Shown: positions 1 to 9,406, numbered from the stretch's first letter. The stretch: DNA of 32,000 nucleotides from Cyanothece sp. BG0011 (GCF_003013815.1 NZ_PRLH01000189.1:2301-34300), one strand, 5' to 3'. Numbers and translations: made by a program. Notes: generated from the sequence alone by a model not told the origin.

Positions 1-142
1 GCTGAACTTTACCCATATTTTTACGATAGTTAATGACTATTTAATTAAATCTTTCTTGAGTTATTTTTAACTAAAATAGTAATTGAAAAATGATAAAGAC
101 TTTCCAAGCTAAATTAAATCTTAGGTAAAGCAATTTTTTAGT

Positions 143-856
143 TTAATTCTCATTTATCTGTAGCTTTATCCCTTTAAATAATAACCACAAACAAAGGGAA
201 CACTCAGCAATTACTGCTGAGATAATCACTAACCAAGACGTGATATCTGTATAATTAGGTAAGAGAAAATTAGCACAACTATCCATTAAATAACCAAAAG
301 ATGCAAAAATTAAGCCGAAGCCTAAAAGTTTAGGAAAATAATCCGACTTTATCATCAAATAACCCAGTAGAAAACAATGAATTCCAAAAAAGACTAAGGC
401 GATGAGATAGCCATAATTATGAATAGTGAGAAAGACCAAACATAAAGTATATAATTGATTCGTTTCAAATGATTTTAGGTAACTAGAATTACTTAAAAGT
501 ATTAAAGGGACAAAAAAATTAAGTAAATTTATTCCTAGGATAGCATCTTGGATTAATCTAAAAGTTGCTGTCAGTAAAGCTATATTTTTATTAACTGATT
601 TGAGTAAGATATAAAAAATGATAGCAACTATTACATCACAAATAATCATAATTAAATCGCTAATAAAACCTAAACGAAATAGGAATATAGAATCCATAAT
701 ATTTTTAGCCGTTGTCACTGCATCTTCTGGAATAATAAGACGAGAACGAACATAGATCTCGCTAAACAAACCACAAACGATAATAATTAAATATAAAACA
801 CCTGCAACTCTTGCATAAAGCAATGGAGAGGGTTTAATTTTATCATTTATAATCAT
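143..856 (-). CDS. DUF4386-like multi-pass membrane protein
   Basis: 237-aa ORF with several hydrophobic segments. Its N-terminus (SPLLYARVAGVLYLIIIVCGLFSEIYVRSRLIIP) resembles DUF4386 family proteins. Confidence 0.75.
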   Translation of the reverse strand: MIINDKIKPSPLLYARVAGVLYLIIIVCGLFSEIYVRSRLIIPEDAVTTAKNIMDSIFLFRLGFISDLIMIICDVIVAIIFYILLKSVNKNIALLTATFRLIQDAILGINLLNFFVPLILLSNSSYLKSFETNQLYTLCLVFLTIHNYGYLIALVFFGIHCFLLGYLMIKSDYFPKLLGFGLIFASFGYLMDSCANFLLPNYTDITSWLVIISAVIAECSLCLWLLFKGIKLQINEN

Positions 857-983
857 ATTAATTTCACAGAATAATAATTCTAAAAGTTAGATTAAGGCTT
901 GTGGGTAATACGAGCAACCTGAAATTAGACCAAGTTTAACCTAACTAGTAGAATATTACAGTGGATTGGAAAAATACGAGAGA

Positions 984-1445
984 TTAGTTGAGAAAAGCCC
1001 CACTTAATTTGGCTCCTATTAAGTTAGTTTGTTTTAAATTTACTCCTGTTAAATCAGCCCCTCTAAGATCAGCACCCATCAAATTTGCTCCTTCTAACTG
1101 AGTATTGGTTAAGTTAGCTCCTCCTAAATTTGCTCCACTGAGATCGGCTTCTCTTAAATCAGCCCCACTTAAGTTAGCCCCACTTAAATCAATATCGATC
1201 ATTTCTGCACCGATGAGACAAGCTTGAATCATATTGGCATGAGTTAGATTAGATTGATTCAATTTAGCTTGGTTTAAATGAGCATCTGTTAAGGCAACCC
1301 CTTTTAAATCTGCTAAGATCAACTCTGCCCCTTCTAAGTGGACTCCAACCAAATTAGCATCACACAGACAAACGTGAACTAAAGTGACTCGACTAAAATC
1401 TCGTTCTCCGGCTGCATATCTTTTCAACATTTCTTGAGCGTTCAT
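984..1445 (-). CDS. pentapeptide repeat protein
   Basis: Repeated A(D/N)LxG pentapeptides throughout the protein (SGADLREADLSGANLGGANLTNTQLEGANLMGADLRGADLTG). Confidence 0.95.
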   Translation of the reverse strand: MNAQEMLKRYAAGERDFSRVTLVHVCLCDANLVGVHLEGAELILADLKGVALTDAHLNQAKLNQSNLTHANMIQACLIGAEMIDIDLSGANLSGADLREADLSGANLGGANLTNTQLEGANLMGADLRGADLTGVNLKQTNLIGAKLSGAFLN

Positions 1446-1476
1446 GTTAATTTCCTCGTTGTTTATTGATGTTTTT

Positions 1477-1596
1477 TTATGTGTTGTAAGCGGGCATTTC
1501 TTGATGGCAGTGACTACAATACCAGTAGAGACCTCGCCAATCTATATGGCGTAACAAAATATAAGAACAGCAAGGACAAATATGCTGATGGCTCAT
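1477..1596 (-). CDS. small zinc-ribbon-like protein (CPCC...CSHC)
   Basis: The track ORF is 1477..1686. The internal Met at 1596 gives MSHQHICPCCSYILLRHIDWRGLYWYCSHCHQEMPAYNT (39 aa), with two Cys-x2-Cys knuckles in the compact form. The start site is uncertain. Confidence 0.6.
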   Translation of the reverse strand: MSHQHICPCCSYILLRHIDWRGLYWYCSHCHQEMPAYNT

Positions 1597-2116
1597 AGAT
1601 TGGTCATATCTAGTGGTGTTTCTATGATGATCACAACAAGAAAAATAATGAAAGTTTTGAGAAGATTTTTTAAAAAGCGTTAGCATTATTTACCCGATTG
1701 GGATGAGAATGTTCTCTTTCTTAGCAAGAAAACACAGACTTCTCTCTCACAGGACGTAGAGTTTTATATCTATAGAGAAAAAAGTCTATTTCGTTCGACA
1801 CATACCCGAAAACTATTCTCAAGTAACTACACCTTAACGTAGTATTTTAAATCCTTACAACAAAGACACAAAACTTTATACTTTATTGGACAAAGTTACC
1901 CTTTTATCAAAAAAAATAACTCCTTATAATAAAATTTTAGACAAAAAGCCAGAATGCAAAAATACTGATAATTGAAGCAAATCTAATTATTTTCGAGAGA
2001 AAAATATTTAAAATTGAGAGAAAAATAGGGAGAATTTTTTAAAGAGAGAAAAAAAGACTTAGGTAATTTTAGTTAAAATGTGTTAGAATTAGATTTTAGC
2101 AAGAGGTTACAAAAGT

Positions 2117-2419
2117 ATGCCCAATAATAGTATAGAAAGCAGGGCAGTAGCACGTCCTCCTAGTGATGGCAGTGAGTTAATTCCTGCTGAAGTTTCACAA
2201 GAAGTTATCGATAGTGGAAATAAAAAATCTGCTGGTTCCTCTCCTAAAGATGGCTACACCAGAGATGATGAAGGAATCATCAATAACTATGCCATTGAAC
2301 CCGATGAGTACCAAGCGGATTATCCTGCACCTTATCAACAAAGACGTTATCTTTTTCAAGGAGCGATCGCAGTTGTTTTCATTGGTTGTATAGTCTGGGT
2401 TGCTTTTATTGTCAGCTAA
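2117..2419 (+). CDS. conserved hypothetical protein with a single C-terminal transmembrane helix
   Basis: 100-aa ORF with a polar N-terminus and a C-terminal hydrophobic segment (YLFQGAIAVVFIGCIVWVAFIVS). Confidence 0.75.
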   Translation: MPNNSIESRAVARPPSDGSELIPAEVSQEVIDSGNKKSAGSSPKDGYTRDDEGIINNYAIEPDEYQADYPAPYQQRRYLFQGAIAVVFIGCIVWVAFIVS

Positions 2420-2599
2420 GTTGATCTCTCCCTAGTAGGCTTTAAGTCGATTTAGAGGTCCTAGGGTTATTACCCTGAGCGTGCCATATTCGCTCAGTGG
2501 CTGGACTCATGATTCAGATAAGATTTTAGAGTTTGAAATGTCTAAAATTTACACAAATCTTTCTTTAACAGTCTGAAACAATAACTATCAAAGGAGGCA

Positions 2600-2902
2600 A
2601 TGATGTCTTCAAATGCGAACGAGGGAATACTTTTTACCATCATTTGTGAAGCCTTTTTACAAGATCGTCTCATACACCTCTTACAAACCATTGGCGTTTC
2701 TGGTTACACCCTTATTCCAGCCCAAGGTGCCGGTAGTCATGGTAGGCGCATGGGTGATATTGCTGGATACAATACTAACATTGAAGTCAAAACGATTGTG
2801 ACTCCAGAGAAATCTGATCAATTATTAGAGGCGCTCGATCACTTTGAGATAAGTCACGCTTTGATTGCATTTCGGCAAAAAGTAGACGGTTTGTTTGATT
2901 AA
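2600..2902 (+). CDS. P-II-like nitrogen regulator family protein (divergent)
   Basis: Preceded by a Shine-Dalgarno-like AAAGGAGG. Contains the P-II-like core SGYTLIPAQGAGSHGRRMG...NIEVKTIVTPEKSDQLLEAL. Confidence 0.75.
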   Translation: MMSSNANEGILFTIICEAFLQDRLIHLLQTIGVSGYTLIPAQGAGSHGRRMGDIAGYNTNIEVKTIVTPEKSDQLLEALDHFEISHALIAFRQKVDGLFD

Positions 2903-2935
2903 TAGAAGTCAATTAACAAAAAACGGAGAATTATT

Positions 2936-3043
2936 ATGTCAGAAGAAAGAAAAGGCAATAGAGAATCTAAAAAGCCTAAACAAAAAGCTAAGGGATATAA
3001 AAAGCCTAAAAAAGATCCCAAACGACATGATGCAGTAGATTAA
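2936..3043 (+). CDS. 35-aa Lys-rich small protein (not in the supplied track)
   Basis: ATG at 2936, TAA at 3041-3043. Translation is MSEERKGNRESKKPKQKAKGYKKPKKDPKRHDAVD. CGGAGAA lies just upstream and the gap after the P-II-like stop is 33 bp. Confidence 0.55.
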   Translation: MSEERKGNRESKKPKQKAKGYKKPKKDPKRHDAVD

Positions 3044-3057
3044 GAAAGGGTCGATGA

Positions 3058-3084
3058 AACCGCTTGAGAACACATCAAGCGGTT
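3058..3084 (+). terminator. strong hairpin between the small ORF and the desaturase gene (terminator or leader element)
   Basis: Perfect 10-bp stem AACCGCTTGA (3058-3067) / TCAAGCGGTT (3075-3084) with a 7-nt loop. CGAT/ATCG extends it across a 2-nt bulge. There is no clear T-tract. Confidence 0.5.
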
Positions 3085-3112
3085 ATCGTCTCTAGAAAAA
3101 TATAGGATTTAT

Positions 3113-3946
3113 ATGACGAATACGATTAAAATATCCCCTGACAAGGGGAAACCGTTAACATTGAACTGGATAGCTGTCGCCTTTTTTAGTGCAGTTCATC
3201 TAGTTGCACTTTCAGCCCCGTGGTTCTTTTCGTGGTCAGCTTTAGGCGTAGCTATTTTTCTCCATTGGTTGATCGGCAGTATTGGCATTTGTTTAGGGTA
3301 TCATCGCTTATTAACTCACCGCAGCTTTGAAGTCCCAAAACCCCTAGAATATATCATTGCAATCATTGGTGCTTTAGCATTGCAAGGTAGCCCTATATTT
3401 TGGGTTGCAGGACACCGAATGCACCATGCTTGTACTGAAGATATGGACAAAGATCCTTACTCTGCCAAACGGGGTTTTTGGTGGAGTCATATGCTGTGGT
3501 TATTTTATGATCGTCCAGAATTTTTCAACTACGATCAGTATAAAAAATATGCTCATGATCTCGATAAACAGCCCTTTTATCGTTGGTTAGATCGCTATTT
3601 CTTATTATTACAGTTACCTCTGGGACTTTTACTTTACCTTCTCGGTGGTTGGTCATTTGTTATTTATGGTTTGTTTGTCAGAACGGTTTTACTGTGGCAT
3701 AGTACCTGGTTTATTAACTCTGTCTCTCATCTCAGAGGCTATCGTAGTTATCAGAGTGAGGATAATTCCCGTAACTTATGGTGGGCAGCTATCTTAACTT
3801 ATGGAGAAGGTTGGCACAATAATCATCATGCTTACCCTAATATCGCTAAGGCCGGATTGAAATGGTGGGAAGTTGATGTAACTTGGTGGGCTATTAAAAT
3901 TTTGAGTAAACTGAATTTAGCTCAGAAGATTAGACTACCGGTTTAA
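3113..3946 (+). CDS. desC: acyl-CoA/acyl-lipid fatty acid desaturase (delta-9 type)
   Basis: Three His boxes of the membrane desaturase family: HRLLTHRS, HRMHHACTD, HNNHHAYP. The N-terminal hydrophobic layout fits. Confidence 0.9.
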   Translation: MTNTIKISPDKGKPLTLNWIAVAFFSAVHLVALSAPWFFSWSALGVAIFLHWLIGSIGICLGYHRLLTHRSFEVPKPLEYIIAIIGALALQGSPIFWVAGHRMHHACTEDMDKDPYSAKRGFWWSHMLWLFYDRPEFFNYDQYKKYAHDLDKQPFYRWLDRYFLLLQLPLGLLLYLLGGWSFVIYGLFVRTVLLWHSTWFINSVSHLRGYRSYQSEDNSRNLWWAAILTYGEGWHNNHHAYPNIAKAGLKWWEVDVTWWAIKILSKLNLAQKIRLPV

Positions 3947-3947
3947 A

Positions 3948-6900
3948 ATGATTCCTAGAGTTTTACCCGAAACAACCATTAATCAAACTATTGCTAATTT
4001 TTTAACTTGTTTAAAAGAAACGACTTTTTCAGGAGATATTAAAGGGGATATCGCTAACCGTTTAATTGCTTCAACTGATAACAGTATTTATCAAATATTA
4101 CCCCAAGGGGTTGTTTTTCCCCGTACCACCGAAGATATCAGGGAAATTTTTAAATTAGCTAACAAAACTGAATTTAAAGCCGTTACTTTTTCTCCTAGAG
4201 GGGGAGGAACTGGTACCAATGGACAATCACTTTCTCCTAGTATTATTATAGACTGTTCTAAATACATGAATCAAGTTTTAGAACTGAATATTAAAGAGCA
4301 ATGGGTTAGGGTTCAACCGGGTATTATTTTAGACCAATTAAACCAAATTTTAGCCGAATATAATTTATTTTTTGCCCCTTCTCTCGCTCCTAGTAATCGT
4401 GCTACTATCGGGGGGATGATTAATACGGATGCTGCGGGTAAAGGTTCTCGTATTTATGGGAAAACCAGTGATCATATTTTAGAATTGAGTTGGGTTTTAT
4501 CTGATGGAAGTTTAGGAATTTCTTCTAAAGTCAATATAGATAATTTAAAACATTTAAAACAACAAAATACAAGATTAGGAGAAATTTATCAACTTGTTGA
4601 TAAAATTGTTTCTGAAAAAGCAGAATTAATTGATAATATCTTTCCTAAATTAACTCGATTTATGACGGGTTATAACTTAGCTAAAGTTTATGACGAGACA
4701 AGACATTATTTCGATCTTAATCGAATTTTAGCAGGTTCAGAAGGAACACTAGGAATCATTACCGAGGCAAAACTAAAGTTAACGAAAATACCTAAAGCAA
4801 CGCAACTACTAGCTATTCATTATCATAACTTTGATGCTGCTTTAAAAGATGCTGGTAACTTACTTGATTATAATCCTGCGGCCATTGAAACAGTTGACGA
4901 AACCATTTTAAAATTAGCTAAGAATGATAGCATTTATCAGGAAGTAAAAGACTTTATCGGTGATGCTCAAGCTATTAATTTAGTTGAGTTTATTGGAGAA
5001 ACTGATCAGGCAATCGAACAGCAATTAAGTCCTTTAATGAATCAATTAAAATCTTATCAAAAAACAGGAATTATCGGCTTTTATCATACTAAGAAATCAG
5101 AAGAAATCAAACAACTATGGTTATTAAGAAAAAAAGGAGCCGCCTTATTAGGAAGTATGCCAGGCGATCGCAAACCCATTGCTTTTATCGAAGATACCGC
5201 CGTTTCTCCTGATAATTTAGCCAGTTATACCCGTGAATTTCAAGCTTTATTAGACAGTTATAATCTTAATTATGCCATGTTTGGTCATGTCGATGTAGGC
5301 TGTCTTCATGTTCGTCCGGCCTTAGATATGAAACTTCCTGACGATGAAAAGTTAATTAGAGAAATATCGGATAAAGTTGTTAATTTAGTTCGGAAATATG
5401 GTGGGGTTATATGGGGAGAACACGGTAAAGGTTTTCGTAGTGAATATACCCCTTTATTCTTCGGAGAAGACCTTTATCAAGACTTAAGAAAAATCAAAGA
5501 AGTGTTTGATCCTAATAATAAGTTAAATCCAGGAAAAATTGTTACACCCTATCATAGTTCCGATGAAATTGTTAAACTAGAATCAATGTTAAGGGGACAG
5601 TTTGATCGCCAGGTATCTCAACAGTTTAGAAACGAATATGAAGCGGCTTTTAATTGTAATGGAAATGGGGCTTGTTTTAACTTTAATCCTGATGAAATTA
5701 TTTGTCCTTCTGCTAAACAAACTCGCGATCGCATTCACTCCCCAAAAGGGAGAGCAATGTTATTAAGAGAATGGTTAAGATTACTATCAAAATCAGACTT
5801 TAAAGACAGTTTCAGTGACAATTTATCCCTTCCTAAAAAACTGTGGTACACCCTAGAAAAATGGCAAGGAAAAGAGGATTTTTCCCATGAGGTTTATGAA
5901 GCAATGCAAGGCTGTCTTGCTTGTAAAGGATGTGTCAGTCAATGTCCCATTCACGTTGATATTCCTGACTTAAAATCTCAATTTTTAGAACGTTATCATA
6001 GTCGTTATTTACGTTCTTTTAGGGATTATTTAATGGCGAATATAGAACAATTAGTTTATTATCAATCTTTTGCCCCTCATTTATTTAACAGTCTTGCACA
6101 AAACCCTTTGAGTAAATTATTAGTTAGTAAAGGATTAAATTTAGTTGATATTCCTCTTCTTAGTTACCCAACTGTGCGAGATAAATTGCCCATAACGTTA
6201 AACATAGAAACCTTAGAAAATTTATCAGTAGAAGAACAAAAAAATAGCGTTATTTTGCTACAAGATGCCTTTACCAGTTTCTACGAATCACAGTTAGTTA
6301 TCGATAGTTATGATTGTTTAAATAAATTAGGTTATACTGTTTATGTGTTACCCTTTTTCATTAATGGAAAAACCTTACATTTAAAAGGATTTATTGACAA
6401 TTTTAAAACAGTAATTACTCAAAATATTAAAAATTTAAAAACAGTTTTAGAGTTAGATATTCCTATTATTGGAATTGAACCCAGTATGGCCTTAACTTAT
6501 CGAGATGAATATAAAAAAATTGCTTCTAATAAAAACATTTTTAATAAAGTTCAACTGATCCAAGAATTTTTAGTAAAACAAGATAAAAAGTTACCCAAAA
6601 TTCAATCAAACCATCCCTATTATTTATTAGCACATTGCCATGAAAAATCCCTAGCTTTTAACTCAGAAAAGCAATGGCAAACAGTTTTTAAAAACATGGG
6701 AATTAGTTTAAATATCCTGTCTGTCGGTTGTTGTGGAATGGCTGGAATGTATGGCCACGAAAAAGAACATTATGAAAATTCTCAAGGCATTTATCAAAGT
6801 AGTTGGCAACAACATTTGCCTAAAAATATTGACGAACAACTTTATTATTTAGTCACGGGATATTCCTGTCGTTCTCAAGTTAAAAGGTTTTCAGGATGGA

Positions 6901-6965
6901 ACCCACAACACCCCATTCAAGCTATAAACAAACTAATCTCTTTCTCCAAAAATGATGGTTCCTAA
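3948..6965 (+). CDS. FAD-binding and 4Fe-4S-binding oxidoreductase (GlcD-like fused to GlpC/CCG-like, YdiJ-type)
   Basis: 1005 aa. FAD_binding_4 signature PRGGGTGTNGQS plus NRATIGGMINTDAAGKGS, C-terminal FAD-oxidase region (GHVDVGCLHVRPALDM..WGEHGKGFRSEY), the motif CLACKGCVSQCP, and a Cys-rich C-terminal region (CCGMAGMYGHE). Confidence 0.9.
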   Translation: MIPRVLPETTINQTIANFLTCLKETTFSGDIKGDIANRLIASTDNSIYQILPQGVVFPRTTEDIREIFKLANKTEFKAVTFSPRGGGTGTNGQSLSPSIIIDCSKYMNQVLELNIKEQWVRVQPGIILDQLNQILAEYNLFFAPSLAPSNRATIGGMINTDAAGKGSRIYGKTSDHILELSWVLSDGSLGISSKVNIDNLKHLKQQNTRLGEIYQLVDKIVSEKAELIDNIFPKLTRFMTGYNLAKVYDETRHYFDLNRILAGSEGTLGIITEAKLKLTKIPKATQLLAIHYHNFDAALKDAGNLLDYNPAAIETVDETILKLAKNDSIYQEVKDFIGDAQAINLVEFIGETDQAIEQQLSPLMNQLKSYQKTGIIGFYHTKKSEEIKQLWLLRKKGAALLGSMPGDRKPIAFIEDTAVSPDNLASYTREFQALLDSYNLNYAMFGHVDVGCLHVRPALDMKLPDDEKLIREISDKVVNLVRKYGGVIWGEHGKGFRSEYTPLFFGEDLYQDLRKIKEVFDPNNKLNPGKIVTPYHSSDEIVKLESMLRGQFDRQVSQQFRNEYEAAFNCNGNGACFNFNPDEIICPSAKQTRDRIHSPKGRAMLLREWLRLLSKSDFKDSFSDNLSLPKKLWYTLEKWQGKEDFSHEVYEAMQGCLACKGCVSQCPIHVDIPDLKSQFLERYHSRYLRSFRDYLMANIEQLVYYQSFAPHLFNSLAQNPLSKLLVSKGLNLVDIPLLSYPTVRDKLPITLNIETLENLSVEEQKNSVILLQDAFTSFYESQLVIDSYDCLNKLGYTVYVLPFFINGKTLHLKGFIDNFKTVITQNIKNLKTVLELDIPIIGIEPSMALTYRDEYKKIASNKNIFNKVQLIQEFLVKQDKKLPKIQSNHPYYLLAHCHEKSLAFNSEKQWQTVFKNMGISLNILSVGCCGMAGMYGHEKEHYENSQGIYQSSWQQHLPKNIDEQLYYLVTGYSCRSQVKRFSGWNPQHPIQAINKLISFSKNDGS

Positions 6966-7589
6966 ACGTATCATGGTTGCGCCTTTTTCTACTGCTAATA
7001 AATAATCATTTGACATTCCCATGGATAATTCTTTTAATTGTAGGGAGGACTTTTCTGTTATTTTACTAGCGAGTTCTTTGGTCTTTTCAAAAGTATCTAA
7101 ACATTCATTTTTAGATAATCCTAAAGGTAAAATAGTCATTAACCCATCAATTTTTATATGTTTTAGGGATTCTAATTCAGATAAATCTTGCCAAAGTTCT
7201 TCTACTCTCCAACCATACTTATTAGGATCAGGTAAAATTTTAACTTGTAGACAAACATGAGGAGAAATGGAGGTTTTCGCTGCTAATTTATCTAAATATT
7301 CCGCTAATTTAAGACTATCAACGGAATGAATCCAATGAAAATTATCTAATACTTTCTTAGCTTTATTAGTTTGAATATGACCGATAAAATGCCAACAAAT
7401 ATCTTGATAATCTTGTAATTGTTCTTGTTTTTCTAATGCCTCTTGAACTCGACTTTCTGCAAAATCACGAATTCCATAATTATAGGCTTCTTTGATAGCA
7501 ACCACTGACTTTTTTTTAGTAACAGCAACTAAACGAACATCAGAAGGAATTTGACTCAGAATTTTGTCAATATTTTCAGTAATTGTCAT
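6933..7589 (-). CDS. pipY: YggS/PLPBP family pyridoxal-phosphate homeostasis protein
   Basis: Family motifs VAVTKKK, FAESRVQEALEK, WHFIGHIQTNKAKK, LSMGMSNDYLLAVEKGATMIRLGTIIFG. It lies directly downstream of pipX, matching the known pipX-pipY pairing. Confidence 0.93.
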   Translation of the reverse strand: MTITENIDKILSQIPSDVRLVAVTKKKSVVAIKEAYNYGIRDFAESRVQEALEKQEQLQDYQDICWHFIGHIQTNKAKKVLDNFHWIHSVDSLKLAEYLDKLAAKTSISPHVCLQVKILPDPNKYGWRVEELWQDLSELESLKHIKIDGLMTILPLGLSKNECLDTFEKTKELASKITEKSSLQLKELSMGMSNDYLLAVEKGATMIRLGTIIFGERD

Positions 7590-7594
7590 GTTAT

Positions 7595-7864
7595 TTAAGG
7601 AAAAGTTTGTTTATACATCTTTTGAAAGTCTTTGTACTCTTCAGTCAGTCCGAGACGATGAAGATTACGCAAACGTTTTTCTACTAATAATCTAGCATCT
7701 GAACGGCTAATGGGTTCCAAAACTGTATTATTCGGTATCATCTTCACTAAAAAAAATAACCGTTGAGCGTATAATGTAGTAAATAACTCTTGATTGTCAT
7801 CAAGGATACAGACACGATAAAGAAGTCCGAAAACAGGATGATTAAAATAAGTCTCGTTTGTCAT
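7595..7864 (-). CDS. pipX: PipX, P-II/NtcA interacting coactivator
   Basis: 89-aa protein with the characteristic N-terminus (YFNHPVFGLLYRVC) and core (LFTTLYAQRLFFLV, ISRSDARLLVEKRLRNLHR). Confidence 0.93.
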   Translation of the reverse strand: MTNETYFNHPVFGLLYRVCILDDNQELFTTLYAQRLFFLVKMIPNNTVLEPISRSDARLLVEKRLRNLHRLGLTEEYKDFQKMYKQTFP

Positions 7865-7978
7865 TCTTGATCTTTTAAAAGTTCCTTTAATAATAACTCT
7901 CTAAACCCTATAAGTCTAGGTGCATTATCGTCAAGTGTTGAGAAAAATTACTATTAATTCAAGTATCATAAAAAAAAG

Positions 7979-8953
7979 ATGACAAAGCAAATTACCTATA
8001 GTCCAGCTTATACCCTAGTCCCGACCTATGAATGTTTTAATCGTTGTACCTATTGTAATTTTCGGGTCGACCCTTATCAAGATGATTGGTTAACTTTGGA
8101 AAAAAGTCAAACTATTTTGCAAAAACTGCAAAATGAATGGGTTTGCGAAATTTTAATTTTAAGTGGTGAAGTTCATCCCCAGTCCCCTAGAAGAAAAGCT
8201 TGGTTTCAAAACATTTATAATCTTTGTAAATTAGCCTTATCGATGGGTTTTTTACCCCATACTAACGTAGGCATTTTAAGTTTTGCTGAAATGGAAACCC
8301 TGAAAACCGTTAATCCGTCTATGGGTTTAATGCTTGAACAAATTACCCCAAACCTTCTCAAAACCGTCCATCATTCTGCACCGAGTAAATTACCTTCATT
8401 AAGGTTACAACAATTAGAATGGGCAGGGCAATTAAAAATTCCTTTTACCACTGGTATTCTCTTAGGAATTGGAGAGACAGAAGCGGAATCTTGGCAAACC
8501 TTAGAAGCGATCGCTAGGATTCACCAACAATGGAACCATATTCAAGAAGTTATTTTACAACCTCATTGTATAGGGAGCAAGCAACAGTTAGATGGTTCTA
8601 CCTTCCCCATTGATCAATTACCGAAAATAGTAGCTAAAGCGAGAGATATTTTACCCGATTCTATTACCCTACAAATTCCCCCTAATTTAATCACAGATCC
8701 TCAATGTTTGTTAGACTGTTTAGAAGCAGGGGCGAGAGATTTAGGGGGAATCAGCCCGAAAGATGAGGTAAACCCAGACTATCCCCATTTTTCCCACCAA
8801 GGGTTAGTTGAGTTATTAGGGTCTCAAGGATGGCAATTAGTTCCTCGTCTTCCTGTCTATCCCCGTTACTATGATTGGTTATCCTCATCCCTACAAAATG
8901 CCATAACTTGCTGGGAAAATTCTCCTCAATTTCATCCTTTGTTGTCAATTTAA
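7979..8953 (+). CDS. cofG: 7,8-didemethyl-8-hydroxy-5-deazariboflavin synthase subunit CofG (radical SAM)
   Basis: Radical-SAM CxxxCxYC motif (CFNRCTYCNFR), followed by SGEVHPQSPRRKAW and GILLGIGET, with ISPKDEVNPD near the C-terminus. Confidence 0.9.
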   Translation: MTKQITYSPAYTLVPTYECFNRCTYCNFRVDPYQDDWLTLEKSQTILQKLQNEWVCEILILSGEVHPQSPRRKAWFQNIYNLCKLALSMGFLPHTNVGILSFAEMETLKTVNPSMGLMLEQITPNLLKTVHHSAPSKLPSLRLQQLEWAGQLKIPFTTGILLGIGETEAESWQTLEAIARIHQQWNHIQEVILQPHCIGSKQQLDGSTFPIDQLPKIVAKARDILPDSITLQIPPNLITDPQCLLDCLEAGARDLGGISPKDEVNPDYPHFSHQGLVELLGSQGWQLVPRLPVYPRYYDWLSSSLQNAITCWENSPQFHPLLSI

Positions 8954-9010
8954 TTGGTACTTGCTAGAATCTGACTAAAATATAAAATAAAATAAATAGG
9001 TGTTTGCTTC

Positions 9011-9406
9011 ATGTTAAATCAAGTGACTTTTCAAAGTTATGTTTCTCTGTTAGGTCGATTATTTTTGTCAGCAATTTTTATCAAATCTGGTGTTAGTAAA
9101 CTATTATCTCCTGCACAAACTCAAGCTTATATGGCCTCAAAAGGAATTCCCTTAACTGAAGTCTTACTATGGGCAACTATTTTAGTTTTAATTGTTGGCG
9201 GTATATCGGTTTTATTGGGATATAAATCTAAAATAGGTGCTGGTTTGTTAATTGGATTTTTAATTCCTGCTACTTTAATTTTTCATGGAACATTTCCAGA
9301 AGAAGAAATCGCTTTTTTCAAGAATTTAGGCTTAATGGGAGGATTATTAATGGTGCTTGCATTTGGGTCAGGTAAATTTAGTTTAGAACACTATCTAAAA
9401 TCGTAA
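9011..9406 (+). CDS. DoxX family membrane protein
   Basis: 131 aa, multi-pass. LGRLFLSAIFIKSGVSKL is a typical DoxX N-terminus. Confidence 0.85.
   Translation: MLNQVTFQSYVSLLGRLFLSAIFIKSGVSKLLSPAQTQAYMASKGIPLTEVLLWATILVLIVGGISVLLGYKSKIGAGLLIGFLIPATLIFHGTFPEEEIAFFKNLGLMGGLLMVLAFGSGKFSLEHYLKS

Noticed and set aside
1687-2116. Possible ncRNA in the 430-bp AT-rich divergent region upstream of 2117 (small hairpins GAGAATGTTCTC and ACTAC..GTAGT)
   Set aside because: The stems are only 5 bp, occur readily by chance in AT-rich DNA, and match no known cyanobacterial RNA I can recognise.
2613-2801. 62-aa ORF in an alternate frame of the P-II-like gene
   Set aside because: It is fully nested in the P-II-like frame, which has a good RBS and recognisable motifs.
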